Shown here one piece after another: positions 46,640-55,449 of a stretch of DNA of 64,000 bases. The DNA is taken from positions 1 to 64,000 of IMG/VR virus record IMGVR_UViG_3300049844_000087; one strand, 5' to 3'. The notes below the pieces were generated by a model. That model was not told the origin of the DNA, ran no database searches, and saw only the letters and a list, made by a program, of their open reading frames with translations. The first letter of the stretch is position 1, and each line of letters opens with the position of its first letter. The stretch comes from a virus. Taxonomy: Duplodnaviria > Caudoviricetes. The position numbers and the translations under genes are program-made.

Positions 46640-47314
46640 ATGAAAGTCAAGCTTATTGCTAAAACTATAATCTGTGACGAAGAAGTAAAAGCTGCTTTGA
46701 ACGGTTTTGATAACCCTGAGCAGTTGGTGATGTATTGCGCCAGAGTGTCAAATCCCAATAATCAGAATTCTGGTAAACCAGGACTTTTGAAGTATTGTCT
46801 GGAGCATGGCCACGTTTCTATTTTTGAAATGGGAAATATGGTTTTTGAGATTGAGACTTCTCGGGCAATTGCCGCCCAGATACTCAGACACCGTTCGTTC
46901 TCTTTTCAAGAGTTCAGTCAGCGTTATGCAGAAGCGCAGAACATCGAAGTTTACGAAGCTAGAAGCCAAGATCCTAAAAATCGTCAAAACTCTAAAGACG
47001 ACATGACTGATGAAGAAAAGGCTTGGTTTATTCACGCTCAGAAAAAGCACAATGAGAATTGCATAAAGCTTTACAAAGAAGCTCTTGCTAGGGGAGTAGC
47101 TAAGGAACAGGCGAGATTTTTGTTGCCGCTTTCTACTACGACGAAACTCTACATGAACGGTTCACTTCGCTCATGGATTCACTATCTAGCTCTGCGCACT
47201 GGAAACGGCACGCAAAAGGAGCACCAGGAAATAGCTTTAGCGATTCGGGAGATTTTTGTAAAAGAACTCCCTACTATTGGGGAGGCGCTCGGATGGACGA
47301 CCAAGGCGGAATAA
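46640..47314 (+). CDS. thyX: FAD-dependent thymidylate synthase ThyX
   Basis: QILRHRSFSFQEFSQRY signature; ARFLLP and GSLRSWIHY..LR motifs. Confidence 0.95.
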   Translation: MKVKLIAKTIICDEEVKAALNGFDNPEQLVMYCARVSNPNNQNSGKPGLLKYCLEHGHVSIFEMGNMVFEIETSRAIAAQILRHRSFSFQEFSQRYAEAQNIEVYEARSQDPKNRQNSKDDMTDEEKAWFIHAQKKHNENCIKLYKEALARGVAKEQARFLLPLSTTTKLYMNGSLRSWIHYLALRTGNGTQKEHQEIALAIREIFVKELPTIGEALGWTTKAE

Positions 47315-47502
47315 ACGATCCAAAGGTCATCATGACTAAAACAGACCTTGAAATGATTAGGTCTCAGGCCATTAGGCTCTATGTGGATCTTAATCCGCAA
47401 AAGCTAAAGATGGATGATTCTCAATTTAGGACATATTGTTATGTCCAAGCAGTACAGGCGTGGCTCAGAACGAGAGGGCTTTTAAAAATAATTATTGACT
47501 AA
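47293..47502 (+). CDS. Hypothetical protein
   Basis: GGAGG RBS before the ATG at 47293. Confidence 0.5.
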   Translation: MDDQGGINDPKVIMTKTDLEMIRSQAIRLYVDLNPQKLKMDDSQFRTYCYVQAVQAWLRTRGLLKIIID

Positions 47503-47539
47503 TTTTGTAGGCTATGACAGTATGGAAACAGGAGGACTC

Positions 47540-47785
47540 ATGAATAAATGGAAAACTTGCAACCATAACTGGAAAGCCGTAGCAGTGTACTCCGTGTACG
47601 GAACTGTCTACCAAGACGAATGCACTGAATGTGGGTGTATCGGGGTTCTAGCAGAGGAACCGGATGAGCATGGTTTTTATAAAATCGTAGCTCAACCTAT
47701 GGCAGACGTAATTGATTTAAACGAATATAGAAAGAGAAAGGAACAAAAGAATGTCCAACCAAGCAAAGAAACTGTCGGCGGCTGA
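47540..47785 (+). CDS. Hypothetical Zn-ribbon protein
   Basis: CNH...CTECG; GGAGG RBS before 47540. Confidence 0.55.
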   Translation: MNKWKTCNHNWKAVAVYSVYGTVYQDECTECGCIGVLAEEPDEHGFYKIVAQPMADVIDLNEYRKRKEQKNVQPSKETVGG

Positions 47786-48050
47786 TGCAATTGTTATAGC
47801 AAAGAAAAACTCGCTCGCTCGTAAGCAAAAAGTTGCCCGAGGGTTGAGACAACTTTGTTTTGAAAAAATCGGAGAAATGGTAGCTAATGGAGTAGTGAGT
47901 GTTTACGTTCCGATGAACGAAGAACAACACTTCTGGGGTTTGGCGATTATTCAGAAAGAACTAGAAGACCTTGGCTATAAAGTTATCTTGCACGAAGATG
48001 AAGAGAGCGAAACTCCTGATTTGGAACTCTCAATTGAACACTTGAAATGA
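47751..48050 (+). CDS. Hypothetical protein
   Basis: 99 aa, AAGGA RBS. Confidence 0.55.
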   Translation: MSNQAKKLSAADAIVIAKKNSLARKQKVARGLRQLCFEKIGEMVANGVVSVYVPMNEEQHFWGLAIIQKELEDLGYKVILHEDEESETPDLELSIEHLK

Positions 48051-48057
48051 GGACTAA

Positions 48058-48894
48058 ATGAATGTCGATTACGAATTCCTTGGTGGACAAAATTCTGACG
48101 AAACCGTAAGAGCCTATAAAACGGATCTTGAGCAGTTTCAAGTTATTGCTGGTGGAGAGTTGACTAGAGGCGGAGTCATCCTTTTTAGGGATGAGTTGCT
48201 CAAACAAGGACTGTCCCCTTCTACAGTTGCCCGAAAGATGTCTACAATTCGTAGTTACTGTGAATTCCTGCGAGGCCAAGGAAAACTTAGCATTGATCCC
48301 TTTGCTGGCGTCAAAGCACCTAAAGTGTCAGTGTCCGAGCCTACTCAAGCTTTTACCGACGATGAAGTTCGTAAAATGTTCAAAGTAGTAGAGAAGACGC
48401 AAAAACCAGTAGAGCGTGAGCGAGATAAGCTGGTATTGGGATTTTTGTTTTATGCAGGATTGCGCAGATCAGAGATTGCTAGTCTAAAATTCTCTGACAT
48501 CAAAGAACTTGAAGGCCAAATAGTTATTCGAGTATTTGGTAAAGGCGGAAAGTACAGAATGATTCCTGCGCACCCAAAGCTCGCCGAAATGCTGTTACCA
48601 CATTTGGTAAGCACTCCGTTGTGGCCTAAAGCATCCGATAGATCCCTTCTAGATATTAGCGGCGGAACAATTTACGCCATTGTAAAGAAATATGCAAAAA
48701 TGGTTGGAGTTACGAGAAGCGTGTCTCCTCACTCTTGCAGAGCAACGGCAATCTCTCAGTTGTTAGAAAACGGAGAATCGCCAAGAAACGTTGCAGATTT
48801 TGCAGGTCATGCCAGTGTCAATACGACTATTGGCTCTTATGACAAAAAACGAGATGGAATTAAAAACAGCGCAGCAATGAAGTTGCGATTTTAA
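48058..48894 (+). CDS. Tyrosine recombinase (XerD/integrase-like)
   Basis: TVARKMSTIRS core-binding domain; GLRRSE (R), GKGGK (K), HSCR (HxxR), GHAS (H), GSYD (Y). Confidence 0.9.
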   Translation: MNVDYEFLGGQNSDETVRAYKTDLEQFQVIAGGELTRGGVILFRDELLKQGLSPSTVARKMSTIRSYCEFLRGQGKLSIDPFAGVKAPKVSVSEPTQAFTDDEVRKMFKVVEKTQKPVERERDKLVLGFLFYAGLRRSEIASLKFSDIKELEGQIVIRVFGKGGKYRMIPAHPKLAEMLLPHLVSTPLWPKASDRSLLDISGGTIYAIVKKYAKMVGVTRSVSPHSCRATAISQLLENGESPRNVADFAGHASVNTTIGSYDKKRDGIKNSAAMKLRF

Positions 48895-48906
48895 GAAAGG
48901 CACAAA

Positions 48907-49476
48907 ATGAAATATCTAGTTTTGGATACGGAGACCGGAGGATTTGAAGGCACTTCGTTACTTACTGCTTATTTTTCCGTGCATGATGAAGTTTTCAACG
49001 AGTTAGATACTATGCTCTTGGAAATGAAGCCAGAAGACGGAAAATACATCGTTACCGCAGAAGCTCTAAGAATTAATGGAATTGATTTGAAATTGCACGA
49101 TCAAAGGGCAATTACTTATAAAGAGGCTGGAACTAGGCTCTACAACTTCTTAAACGGAAATTCTGTACTAGGCTCAGACAAACTCATTCCAGTTGGTCAC
49201 AACGTTCAGTTTGACATTCAAAAGTTGCTTGAGTTCTTGATGAGCAAGCAGACGTGGCAAAAGTTTGTTTCTTATAGAACTATGGACACCGGAGTGATTG
49301 CTAGAGCTTGTATTCAAGCAGGTCTATTGCCGTCTTCAATCTCTGGAAGTTTGGGTTCTATTGCTGAGCATTTTAAGATCGACACTACGCAAGCGCACAC
49401 GGCAGATCATGATGTTTTTATGACTGTTACAGTTCTTGAAAAAATGTTGGAGTTGATGCGCAATGGAAAACGATGA
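48907..49476 (+). CDS. DEDDh 3'-5' exonuclease (DnaQ-like)
   Basis: LDTETGG, GHNVQFDI, HTADHDV. Confidence 0.9.
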   Translation: MKYLVLDTETGGFEGTSLLTAYFSVHDEVFNELDTMLLEMKPEDGKYIVTAEALRINGIDLKLHDQRAITYKEAGTRLYNFLNGNSVLGSDKLIPVGHNVQFDIQKLLEFLMSKQTWQKFVSYRTMDTGVIARACIQAGLLPSSISGSLGSIAEHFKIDTTQAHTADHDVFMTVTVLEKMLELMRNGKR

Positions 49477-49912
49477 TCTGTATAAGTTAGTCCTACATCC
49501 TAACACTTCTCTGAAAGAAAAACTTTCAGAGGAGGTCCATTGGGTGACTGATGAACATAAAGCTATAGCAGAGAAGATGCTACGCACTATGTATGCAAAG
49601 AAGGGCTGTGGCCTTTCTACGCCGCAGGTAGGACTTAAGATCAGATTAATCGTGTACGATGCAGGAGACGGTCCTAAAGTTATGTTTAATCCCTTTATCA
49701 CCAATCGCTTACCTAAAAAGGAACGTGCGGGAGAGGGGTGTTTAAGTTTTCCAAAATTGGGCATTTTTGTTCAACGTTTCAAAACCATTCTAGTTCGTTA
49801 TAGAGGTTTAGATAATATTGTGCGAGAAGAACAATTTTCTGATTTTGAAGCTAGAATCATCCAGCATGAAATAGATCATCTCGATGGAATAACTTTCTTA
49901 CAAAGGAAATAA
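49463..49912 (+). CDS. def: Peptide deformylase
   Basis: GCGLSTPQVG, EGCLS, QHEIDHLDG motifs; short C-terminus. Confidence 0.92.
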   Translation: MENDDLYKLVLHPNTSLKEKLSEEVHWVTDEHKAIAEKMLRTMYAKKGCGLSTPQVGLKIRLIVYDAGDGPKVMFNPFITNRLPKKERAGEGCLSFPKLGIFVQRFKTILVRYRGLDNIVREEQFSDFEARIIQHEIDHLDGITFLQRK

Positions 49913-49913
49913 T

Positions 49914-50171
49914 ATGGCTGAGCAAGTTTTTGTAAAACCTACAGATGTACTTTCGGCACCAAAGCTTTTGAAGCTTTTGTCCGATACAGTAGAAAAACTT
50001 CGTAATCAAATCGTCACCGAGACTGATGAAACTAAGCGGTATGCTCTCGGCGGTGCAGCAGAAATGCTAGTTGATTTGCACAACGTAATTCTAGAAGATA
50101 TTAAAAAGCAAAGACTCACAGAAAGCTTCGATGACAATTCAGGCCGAGGCGATGGGCACTTTGATGCTTAA
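49914..50171 (+). CDS. Hypothetical protein
   Basis: 85 aa, AAGGA RBS. Confidence 0.55.
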   Translation: MAEQVFVKPTDVLSAPKLLKLLSDTVEKLRNQIVTETDETKRYALGGAAEMLVDLHNVILEDIKKQRLTESFDDNSGRGDGHFDA

Positions 50172-50529
50172 GCTTTTGTTGGTAGGCGACAAGCCATCAA
50201 AAAAGAACAAAGATCCAAACGTTGCGTTTGTTGGCACAGCTTCGCACAAGCGCATTCAAGAATGGCTCAATAAAATTCTGACTTCAAAAGCTAAGATTCT
50301 AATGGTCAATAGGGTAGATCCACAGTTTCATAGAACCCTTATTCACGCCACGCTTAATCAATATAAAATTGTAGCGTTGGGTAATGAGGCCGCTCAAGCT
50401 TTAGTTGAGTATGGCATTGTTAATTTTTTCAAATTACCCCATCCATCGGGTAAAAATAGAAAACTTAACAATAAAGCTTTTGTAGCTGCTGAGTTGGCTA
50501 ATTGCAAAACCTGGATAGAAGGGGATTAG
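50164..50529 (+). CDS. Uracil-DNA glycosylase-like protein
   Basis: LLLVGDKPS, IVALGNEA, KLPHPSGKN motifs. Confidence 0.65.
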   Translation: MLKLLLVGDKPSKKNKDPNVAFVGTASHKRIQEWLNKILTSKAKILMVNRVDPQFHRTLIHATLNQYKIVALGNEAAQALVEYGIVNFFKLPHPSGKNRKLNNKAFVAAELANCKTWIEGD

Positions 50530-50876
50530 AAATCTATGCGGAAGTTTACTGTAGTTTCTTTTTCGCCAACAGTCATTCGTATAGATGAGTTTTTAATGCT
50601 TGGGTTTGGAATGGCTATTGTGGCACTTCTTCTTGCAACTATTTGTGCGGTATATCCAGCTACGGCAGCCGCCATTTCGACTTCTGCTGAAGGATCTATG
50701 TACTGTATGACATCTCGTTCGGTTCTCTTGGCAACTCTTTCAAAAGCTCCAGCAAAACCACTTTGCGCCGCACCTTGTTCTAAGGCAGCTTTACAAGCGT
50801 CCGTGTATGTCGGACCTGTGTTTACGCATAATGCAACTATTAAAGGCGATAACGTCATAGTAAAAGGATACCACAA
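50526..50876 (-). CDS. Isolated antisense gene, putative secreted/membrane protein
   Basis: Fills the gap between two plus-strand genes exactly; hydrophobic N-terminus; C-terminal Phe. Confidence 0.5.
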   Translation of the reverse strand: MWYPFTMTLSPLIVALCVNTGPTYTDACKAALEQGAAQSGFAGAFERVAKRTERDVIQYIDPSAEVEMAAAVAGYTAQIVARRSATIAIPNPSIKNSSIRMTVGEKETTVNFRIDF

Positions 50877-51073
50877 TGAAAATTATTAGAAAAGCACTTT
50901 GGGGAATTGTTCTCATTTTGATATTAACGAATGTGTGTTTGGAGTTTTGGCATCGTGGCTTTGATTCTGGTTACAGTATGGCGATGTCCGATGTGTTGCT
51001 TCAAATTGAGACACCTGAAAATTATTTCATAAAAAAGTTTGACATACAGATACCTCGTAGAGTACAACAATAA
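50876..51073 (+). CDS. Small membrane protein
   Basis: N-terminal TM, AAGGA RBS. Confidence 0.55.
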   Translation: MKIIRKALWGIVLILILTNVCLEFWHRGFDSGYSMAMSDVLLQIETPENYFIKKFDIQIPRRVQQ

Positions 51074-51085
51074 CAGGAGGCGGAA

Positions 51086-51349
51086 GTGATTAAAGTAAAA
51101 GGAATAGAAGATTCAGAACTTGAGTGGAACTATACTTCTCCACCTAAGTTTTACAAGAAAATCAGCAAGACTCCAGACTCAGATGGAATCTTTAAAGTAG
51201 AAGTTTTTAAGCTGAAGAGTTTTAACGTTTTCACTAAGGAAGCTGTTTATGTGAAAGCAAAGAACGAGAAAATGCGTTCTACTCTTCCAGCAGAGCAACA
51301 GTTTAATTATGCTACGCCTAAGAAACGTGGCTATGATATTGAAGATTAA
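51086..51349 (+). CDS. Hypothetical protein
   Basis: GGAGG RBS, GTG start. Confidence 0.55.
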   Translation: MIKVKGIEDSELEWNYTSPPKFYKKISKTPDSDGIFKVEVFKLKSFNVFTKEAVYVKAKNEKMRSTLPAEQQFNYATPKKRGYDIED

Positions 51350-51374
51350 TAACCGAAGTAACATAGGAGGGAAA

Positions 51375-51884
51375 ATGTCTACTTCAAAAACGCAGAATAA
51401 TAAATTGGCCGTAACCGTAGCTGCTTCTAGCCGCTATAAAATCCAAAAGAACGGAGTTATTAAAAAACTCACGTCTAGTGGAAATTATCGTGCAATTGGC
51501 ACAGAAAGGCACGGATATAACGTTATATCTGTTGGCGGTAAAAAAATCGTCACAGCTCGAATCTTGGCAGCAAAGCAGTATTTACAACTTGGCTTTTCTC
51601 CTCAGTACGTTGTCGAGCTTTTGAATAAACGAGTGGTGGTTCGCAGAAATGGTAAAAGCCTTGACGACCGAAGAGTAAATCTTACGGCTGTAACTTCTAC
51701 AGCACTTGTTAGAAAAGAGACTACAAAACGTTTAACGCAAAAACAAATTGATCGAATGGTCGAATTGTTTTTCGATGGTTACTCTGTTGCAAAAATTGCT
51801 CGTCGATTTCGACGTAAAGTCTCTCGTTCTCACATCAGTCGCATTATTCGCAAAGAACTCGGTATTGAAACGGTAGGAGCATAA
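51375..51884 (+). CDS. Degenerate HNH-fold plus C-terminal HTH DNA-binding protein
   Basis: VVRRNGKSLDDRRVNL in place of the HNH motif; YSVAKIARRF..VSRSHISRIIR HTH; start after GGAGGG. Confidence 0.55.
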   Translation: MSTSKTQNNKLAVTVAASSRYKIQKNGVIKKLTSSGNYRAIGTERHGYNVISVGGKKIVTARILAAKQYLQLGFSPQYVVELLNKRVVVRRNGKSLDDRRVNLTAVTSTALVRKETTKRLTQKQIDRMVELFFDGYSVAKIARRFRRKVSRSHISRIIRKELGIETVGA

Positions 51885-51885
51885 A

Positions 51886-52197
51886 ATGAAAAGCGCAAAA
51901 GGCAAAAAGAAGTCAACAGAAGAAAAAGGCCCAAATCCTTACGATTTTTCTCTGAAACGTCAAACACGTTTAGATAAAGCTGCGGCCAATACTAAACCAG
52001 CTCGTCCTGAACTAATGGCGGCTGGAATGCTTAAGGCACACGGCTTGGAGAAAGCAAAGCGAATTGTAGAGCCTTTGACAGTTACGTCCTTCAAGGATAA
52101 AGATGGCAATCCAGTTGCTCCCAACGAGTCCGCAAATTATTGGAAGCACGTCCTGCAATACCTTAACAAAGGAAAAAGGAATGCAATCGCAAGTTAA
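51886..52197 (+). CDS. Hypothetical protein
   Basis: 103 aa, GGAG RBS. Confidence 0.6.
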   Translation: MKSAKGKKKSTEEKGPNPYDFSLKRQTRLDKAAANTKPARPELMAAGMLKAHGLEKAKRIVEPLTVTSFKDKDGNPVAPNESANYWKHVLQYLNKGKRNAIAS

Positions 52198-52402
52198 AAC
52201 TATTCAGTTCAGAATAACTACTAAAGATTTGATGGAAGTCAAGGACGCATACAATTTGTACGACACACGCTCGGCAATCAAATTTATGTTCGAGCAGCAA
52301 TTTCCACAGAAAGAAGTTATTCTTGAGCACGGATTTTGCTCAGACCCTTGTCCTGTAAACTCAGATGCGGTAGTAATTACCGTGAAAGCGAGAGATAAAT
52401 GA
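52181..52402 (+). CDS. Hypothetical protein
   Basis: Start at the ATG after AAGGA. Confidence 0.5.
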   Translation: MQSQVKTIQFRITTKDLMEVKDAYNLYDTRSAIKFMFEQQFPQKEVILEHGFCSDPCPVNSDAVVITVKARDK

Positions 52403-52818
52403 ATTTGATTTTTCATAATAGAGAACAACCAGATGCTTGGGATGGATCTTATGGACATCGCTCAACTGTGGTTCTAGAAAAGCCCGATGTTCGAGAGATT
52501 ATGCAAGAACTGCGAAAACAGTTCATCCCTTCTTGCATGAAGATTCCTAAAATCACAGTAAATGTTGGAGTTGCCAAAGTTCATCCAAAAGACTCATTTA
52601 ATAAGAAGCTCGGCAGAAAGCTTGCCGAATCTCGAATGAAGCCTATCGAGATGACTATCGGCATTCACGATATGTATCAGAACTCAGAAGAAGCTATTTG
52701 GCTAGTTCTTACTGGAATTGATTCTGAGAAACAGATTCATTACTCTTTGAACGTTAAAGTTTACAGAGACTCTGGAACAATGCGAGCACTCGCTTGTTAC
52801 ACGAGGAGTTGGCGATGA
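52399..52818 (+). CDS. Hypothetical protein
   Basis: 139 aa; HPKDSFNKKLGRKLA motif, which recurs in phage proteins. Confidence 0.6.
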   Translation: MNLIFHNREQPDAWDGSYGHRSTVVLEKPDVREIMQELRKQFIPSCMKIPKITVNVGVAKVHPKDSFNKKLGRKLAESRMKPIEMTIGIHDMYQNSEEAIWLVLTGIDSEKQIHYSLNVKVYRDSGTMRALACYTRSWR

Positions 52819-53015
52819 AAATCTACCTCGTTTACATGGGAGAAAGTTTTGAGTCTGCCGTAAAACGGCATGGTGATAACTTTTTTAAAAGTGTGAATGA
52901 AGCTGTAGATTTTGGAAAGCTAATGTTGGAGCCAGGGCAGCGATTTTGGGTTTGTGATGAAAACGGCGGAGTTTTGGTTATTAGCCAAGCTCCGAGAATT
53001 GTAGGTAAGGCGTGA
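52815..53015 (+). CDS. Hypothetical protein
   Basis: GAGGAG RBS, ATGA overlap. Confidence 0.55.
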   Translation: MKIYLVYMGESFESAVKRHGDNFFKSVNEAVDFGKLMLEPGQRFWVCDENGGVLVISQAPRIVGKA

Positions 53016-53281
53016 ACAAACGTCAACAAATAAACGCCGAAATATTAAAACAGCTAGAAGCAGCAAACTCTGCCCTACCTGATCAACGTTTTAGCCAGTT
53101 GCTTGTGAATGCGGGGATAACGCACGACGTATCTAAGAATTTAGAAGGATGGCAAGCTCCTGTTCACATGGTTTTTTATAACGAAGAGTCTGAAGTTACT
53201 TTGAAGCGTCTTCTAGAAACACTGGAAGACCTTTACGCAAAGATGTTGGAGGGATCTGATGTTGATCGTGAAGAAGTGTAA
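53012..53281 (+). CDS. Hypothetical protein
   Basis: PDQRFSQLL...FYNEES pattern; GTGA overlap. Confidence 0.55.
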   Translation: MNKRQQINAEILKQLEAANSALPDQRFSQLLVNAGITHDVSKNLEGWQAPVHMVFYNEESEVTLKRLLETLEDLYAKMLEGSDVDREEV

Positions 53282-53612
53282 ATACGGTAGGGGAGTTTTT
53301 ACTACTGCCAAAATAGAAGCTGGCGATGTTCTATTGGTGGATGATCTATTGCTGATTACTCCTGAAGATAGACTTGGAAGTCTTACCCTACGGCGTTATG
53401 ATTTTGCTTTTCACGATACTAAGGAAGCTGAGAGTGGAATTGCGTTAGGTCTGGCATCTTTGCTTAATCATTCTTCTAGGCCAAATGCTGAGTTCGATAC
53501 GGCGTATAATAGTAAAGGCTTGCCTGTAGTTTTTGTAACGGCGATCAAAGACATTAAAGCTGGCTCTCAAATTACTATTGATTACGGCTACGATCCTTTG
53601 GAGGTTACATGA
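53259..53612 (+). CDS. SET-domain methyltransferase
   Basis: GRGVFT, LLNHSSRPNA, AIKDIKAGSQITIDYG. Confidence 0.88.
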   Translation: MLIVKKCKYGRGVFTTAKIEAGDVLLVDDLLLITPEDRLGSLTLRRYDFAFHDTKEAESGIALGLASLLNHSSRPNAEFDTAYNSKGLPVVFVTAIKDIKAGSQITIDYGYDPLEVT

Positions 53613-53920
53613 GCGTACTTAATGAGATTGCGCAGCTTTGCGAACAAAAGACGCTAGAAACATTGCGAATTCCAGTATTGGCAAAAGTTCCTTCTAGCAA
53701 GTACAAAGAACTTATAGAACAGATGAAAGGTATTATGCGCCTACCGCCAATGGAGATGGTCCATGGTGAAAATGGATGGCGTATGGAAACTGCACAAGAG
53801 TATAGCGAGCGTATTAATAAACCGCCTACTTATGTGACTCTTACGTTAACAACTGGAACGCTGAGAATCGTACCGCATTCTGGAATTAACATCGAGGTGG
53901 AATTTGAAAAAGAAAATTAG
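53609..53920 (+). CDS. Hypothetical protein
   Basis: GGAGG RBS, ATGA overlap. Confidence 0.55.
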   Translation: MSVLNEIAQLCEQKTLETLRIPVLAKVPSSKYKELIEQMKGIMRLPPMEMVHGENGWRMETAQEYSERINKPPTYVTLTLTTGTLRIVPHSGINIEVEFEKEN

Positions 53921-54125
53921 TTTAATACTGCCGCTTGACACTGTTGACAGATTGCGCTCTATAGCAGAGCTTGCAGGAGTGACTTTTGACGACGTGATTG
54001 GTGTGGTACTTGCAACGAAAATTATAAAATTACGAGAGGAAGAAAATGGACGCTCAAAGAAAAGCTCAAATAAAAAAAGTAATGCTAGATCATCTTCAAA
54101 GTCTAGGCTGGCCAAACGTAAATGA
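53904..54125 (+). CDS. Putative ribbon-helix-helix DNA-binding protein
   Basis: KKISLILP-LDTVDRLRSIAELAG-VTFDDVI pattern; TTG start after GAGG. Confidence 0.4.
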   Translation: MKKKISLILPLDTVDRLRSIAELAGVTFDDVIGVVLATKIIKLREEENGRSKKSSNKKSNARSSSKSRLAKRK

Positions 54126-54279
54126 TCCAGAGACTTTTGCTTTCAATCAGTCGGAAGTCATGTTTAAATTACTTCTGCGTTTGAATCTCGTGAAATATGC
54201 AGATTGGGAATCTTACTACATGGCCGCTATTCAGCAGTACGAAAGAGCCCAAATGCGAAAAGCTGGATTTCCAGTATGA
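54046..54279 (+). CDS. Hypothetical protein
   Basis: GAGGA RBS. Confidence 0.55.
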   Translation: MDAQRKAQIKKVMLDHLQSLGWPNVNDPETFAFNQSEVMFKLLLRLNLVKYADWESYYMAAIQQYERAQMRKAGFPV

Positions 54280-54304
54280 ATCACGTTTTTAATGGAGGTA
54301 CTCT

Positions 54305-55183
54305 GTGAATATTGATAATTATAAACTCATTCAGTCCGGTGGCGACGGTGGAGACACTTGTCATAGAATGTTTACAGTCGCTTTGCGAATTCTCGTGAAC
54401 TTCAAGATGGTACTCAGCGATAGGCAACCTGTTCCAGACATCGTAAAGAATCCAGTATGGAGTGAAATTGCTTCTATCGAGAAGTCTTTCGAGTTGTTGG
54501 AAGATTCTCCTGGAATTTACAAACGTCACTGTGACCCTAACTTTTGGGGTTCTGATCCAAACAACTGCTCTCGTGATCAATTGACCCCAGTAATTTGTAC
54601 GCTTGCCTTTTTAGCGGCTCGTTCTGGAGATATTGGTAAAACTTATAGAGCTAAACTGACTGCCCTACTGAAGCAATCTCTTAAGCGTTTTATGTTTGCG
54701 CAGAACATTTACCCTAACTGGGTTGATGCTCGAAAAGACTCCACGGTCAAAAAGAAAACTCCTGACTTCTTGAATTTTGAGTTGTGGGGAGTTTTTGCTC
54801 GTGGATACTTGGGTACGATCTTCGCTCCTTTGGCTCTGCTGTTTGTCATCTTTGGCGATCTTGTTTTAGTGCTATCTGCACTATTTAAAGTTTTTGCCCC
54901 AATCACTAAGGATGGCACGCTGGAATTTCGTATGCCTACTCCTGACGACGTGGACGATGACAATATGAATAATGTGCTCATGGTAACTCAGCATGTTTTT
55001 CAAACTCCGCTTTCTTGGTTAGCTCGCAAGATTTACAAACGTTTTAGAGCTAAGAACTTCGGCAATACCGTTCTAGGAGAATCAGATCCTATAATGGGAG
55101 CATTGGCCTATTACCACAGGGCTGACGCACAAGGTAATCCAGAGATTGCCGAACTTGCTCGTCCCATTGTGAAACACTATTAA
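54305..55183 (+). CDS. Hypothetical helical enzyme-like protein
   Basis: 292 aa, GGAGG RBS; GDGGDT, YKRHCD, SRDQL, DDVDDD motifs. Confidence 0.6.
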   Translation: MNIDNYKLIQSGGDGGDTCHRMFTVALRILVNFKMVLSDRQPVPDIVKNPVWSEIASIEKSFELLEDSPGIYKRHCDPNFWGSDPNNCSRDQLTPVICTLAFLAARSGDIGKTYRAKLTALLKQSLKRFMFAQNIYPNWVDARKDSTVKKKTPDFLNFELWGVFARGYLGTIFAPLALLFVIFGDLVLVLSALFKVFAPITKDGTLEFRMPTPDDVDDDNMNNVLMVTQHVFQTPLSWLARKIYKRFRAKNFGNTVLGESDPIMGALAYYHRADAQGNPEIAELARPIVKHY

Positions 55184-55190
55184 ATAATCG

Positions 55191-55217
55191 TTGACTTTTT
55201 TAGTCAAATGCTACAGT
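55191..55217 (+). promoter_or_regulatory. Putative promoter
   Basis: TTGACT-15 nt-TACAGT with TG extension. Confidence 0.4.
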
Positions 55218-55236
55218 CTAGGTAAACGGAGGACGT

Positions 55237-55437
55237 ATGGATAAAAAAGTAAGCATAACAGTTGGACCTGGACTCGGTGGACTTTTAACAGTTCTATTCG
55301 TTGCCCTTAAGCTGACAAACCATATAGATTGGTCTTGGCTTTGGGTACTTAGCCCTTTATGGATTCCGTGGGCTATCATTTTTAGTATTTTCTTAGGCGC
55401 ACTGTTGGTTTCCTTCATTGCGGCATTATTGAAATAA
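55237..55437 (+). CDS. Two-TM membrane protein
   Basis: LTVLFVALKLTNHIDWSWLWVLSPLWIP, GGAGG RBS. Confidence 0.7.
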   Translation: MDKKVSITVGPGLGGLLTVLFVALKLTNHIDWSWLWVLSPLWIPWAIIFSIFLGALLVSFIAALLK

Positions 55438-55449
55438 AGAAAGGGTTTT

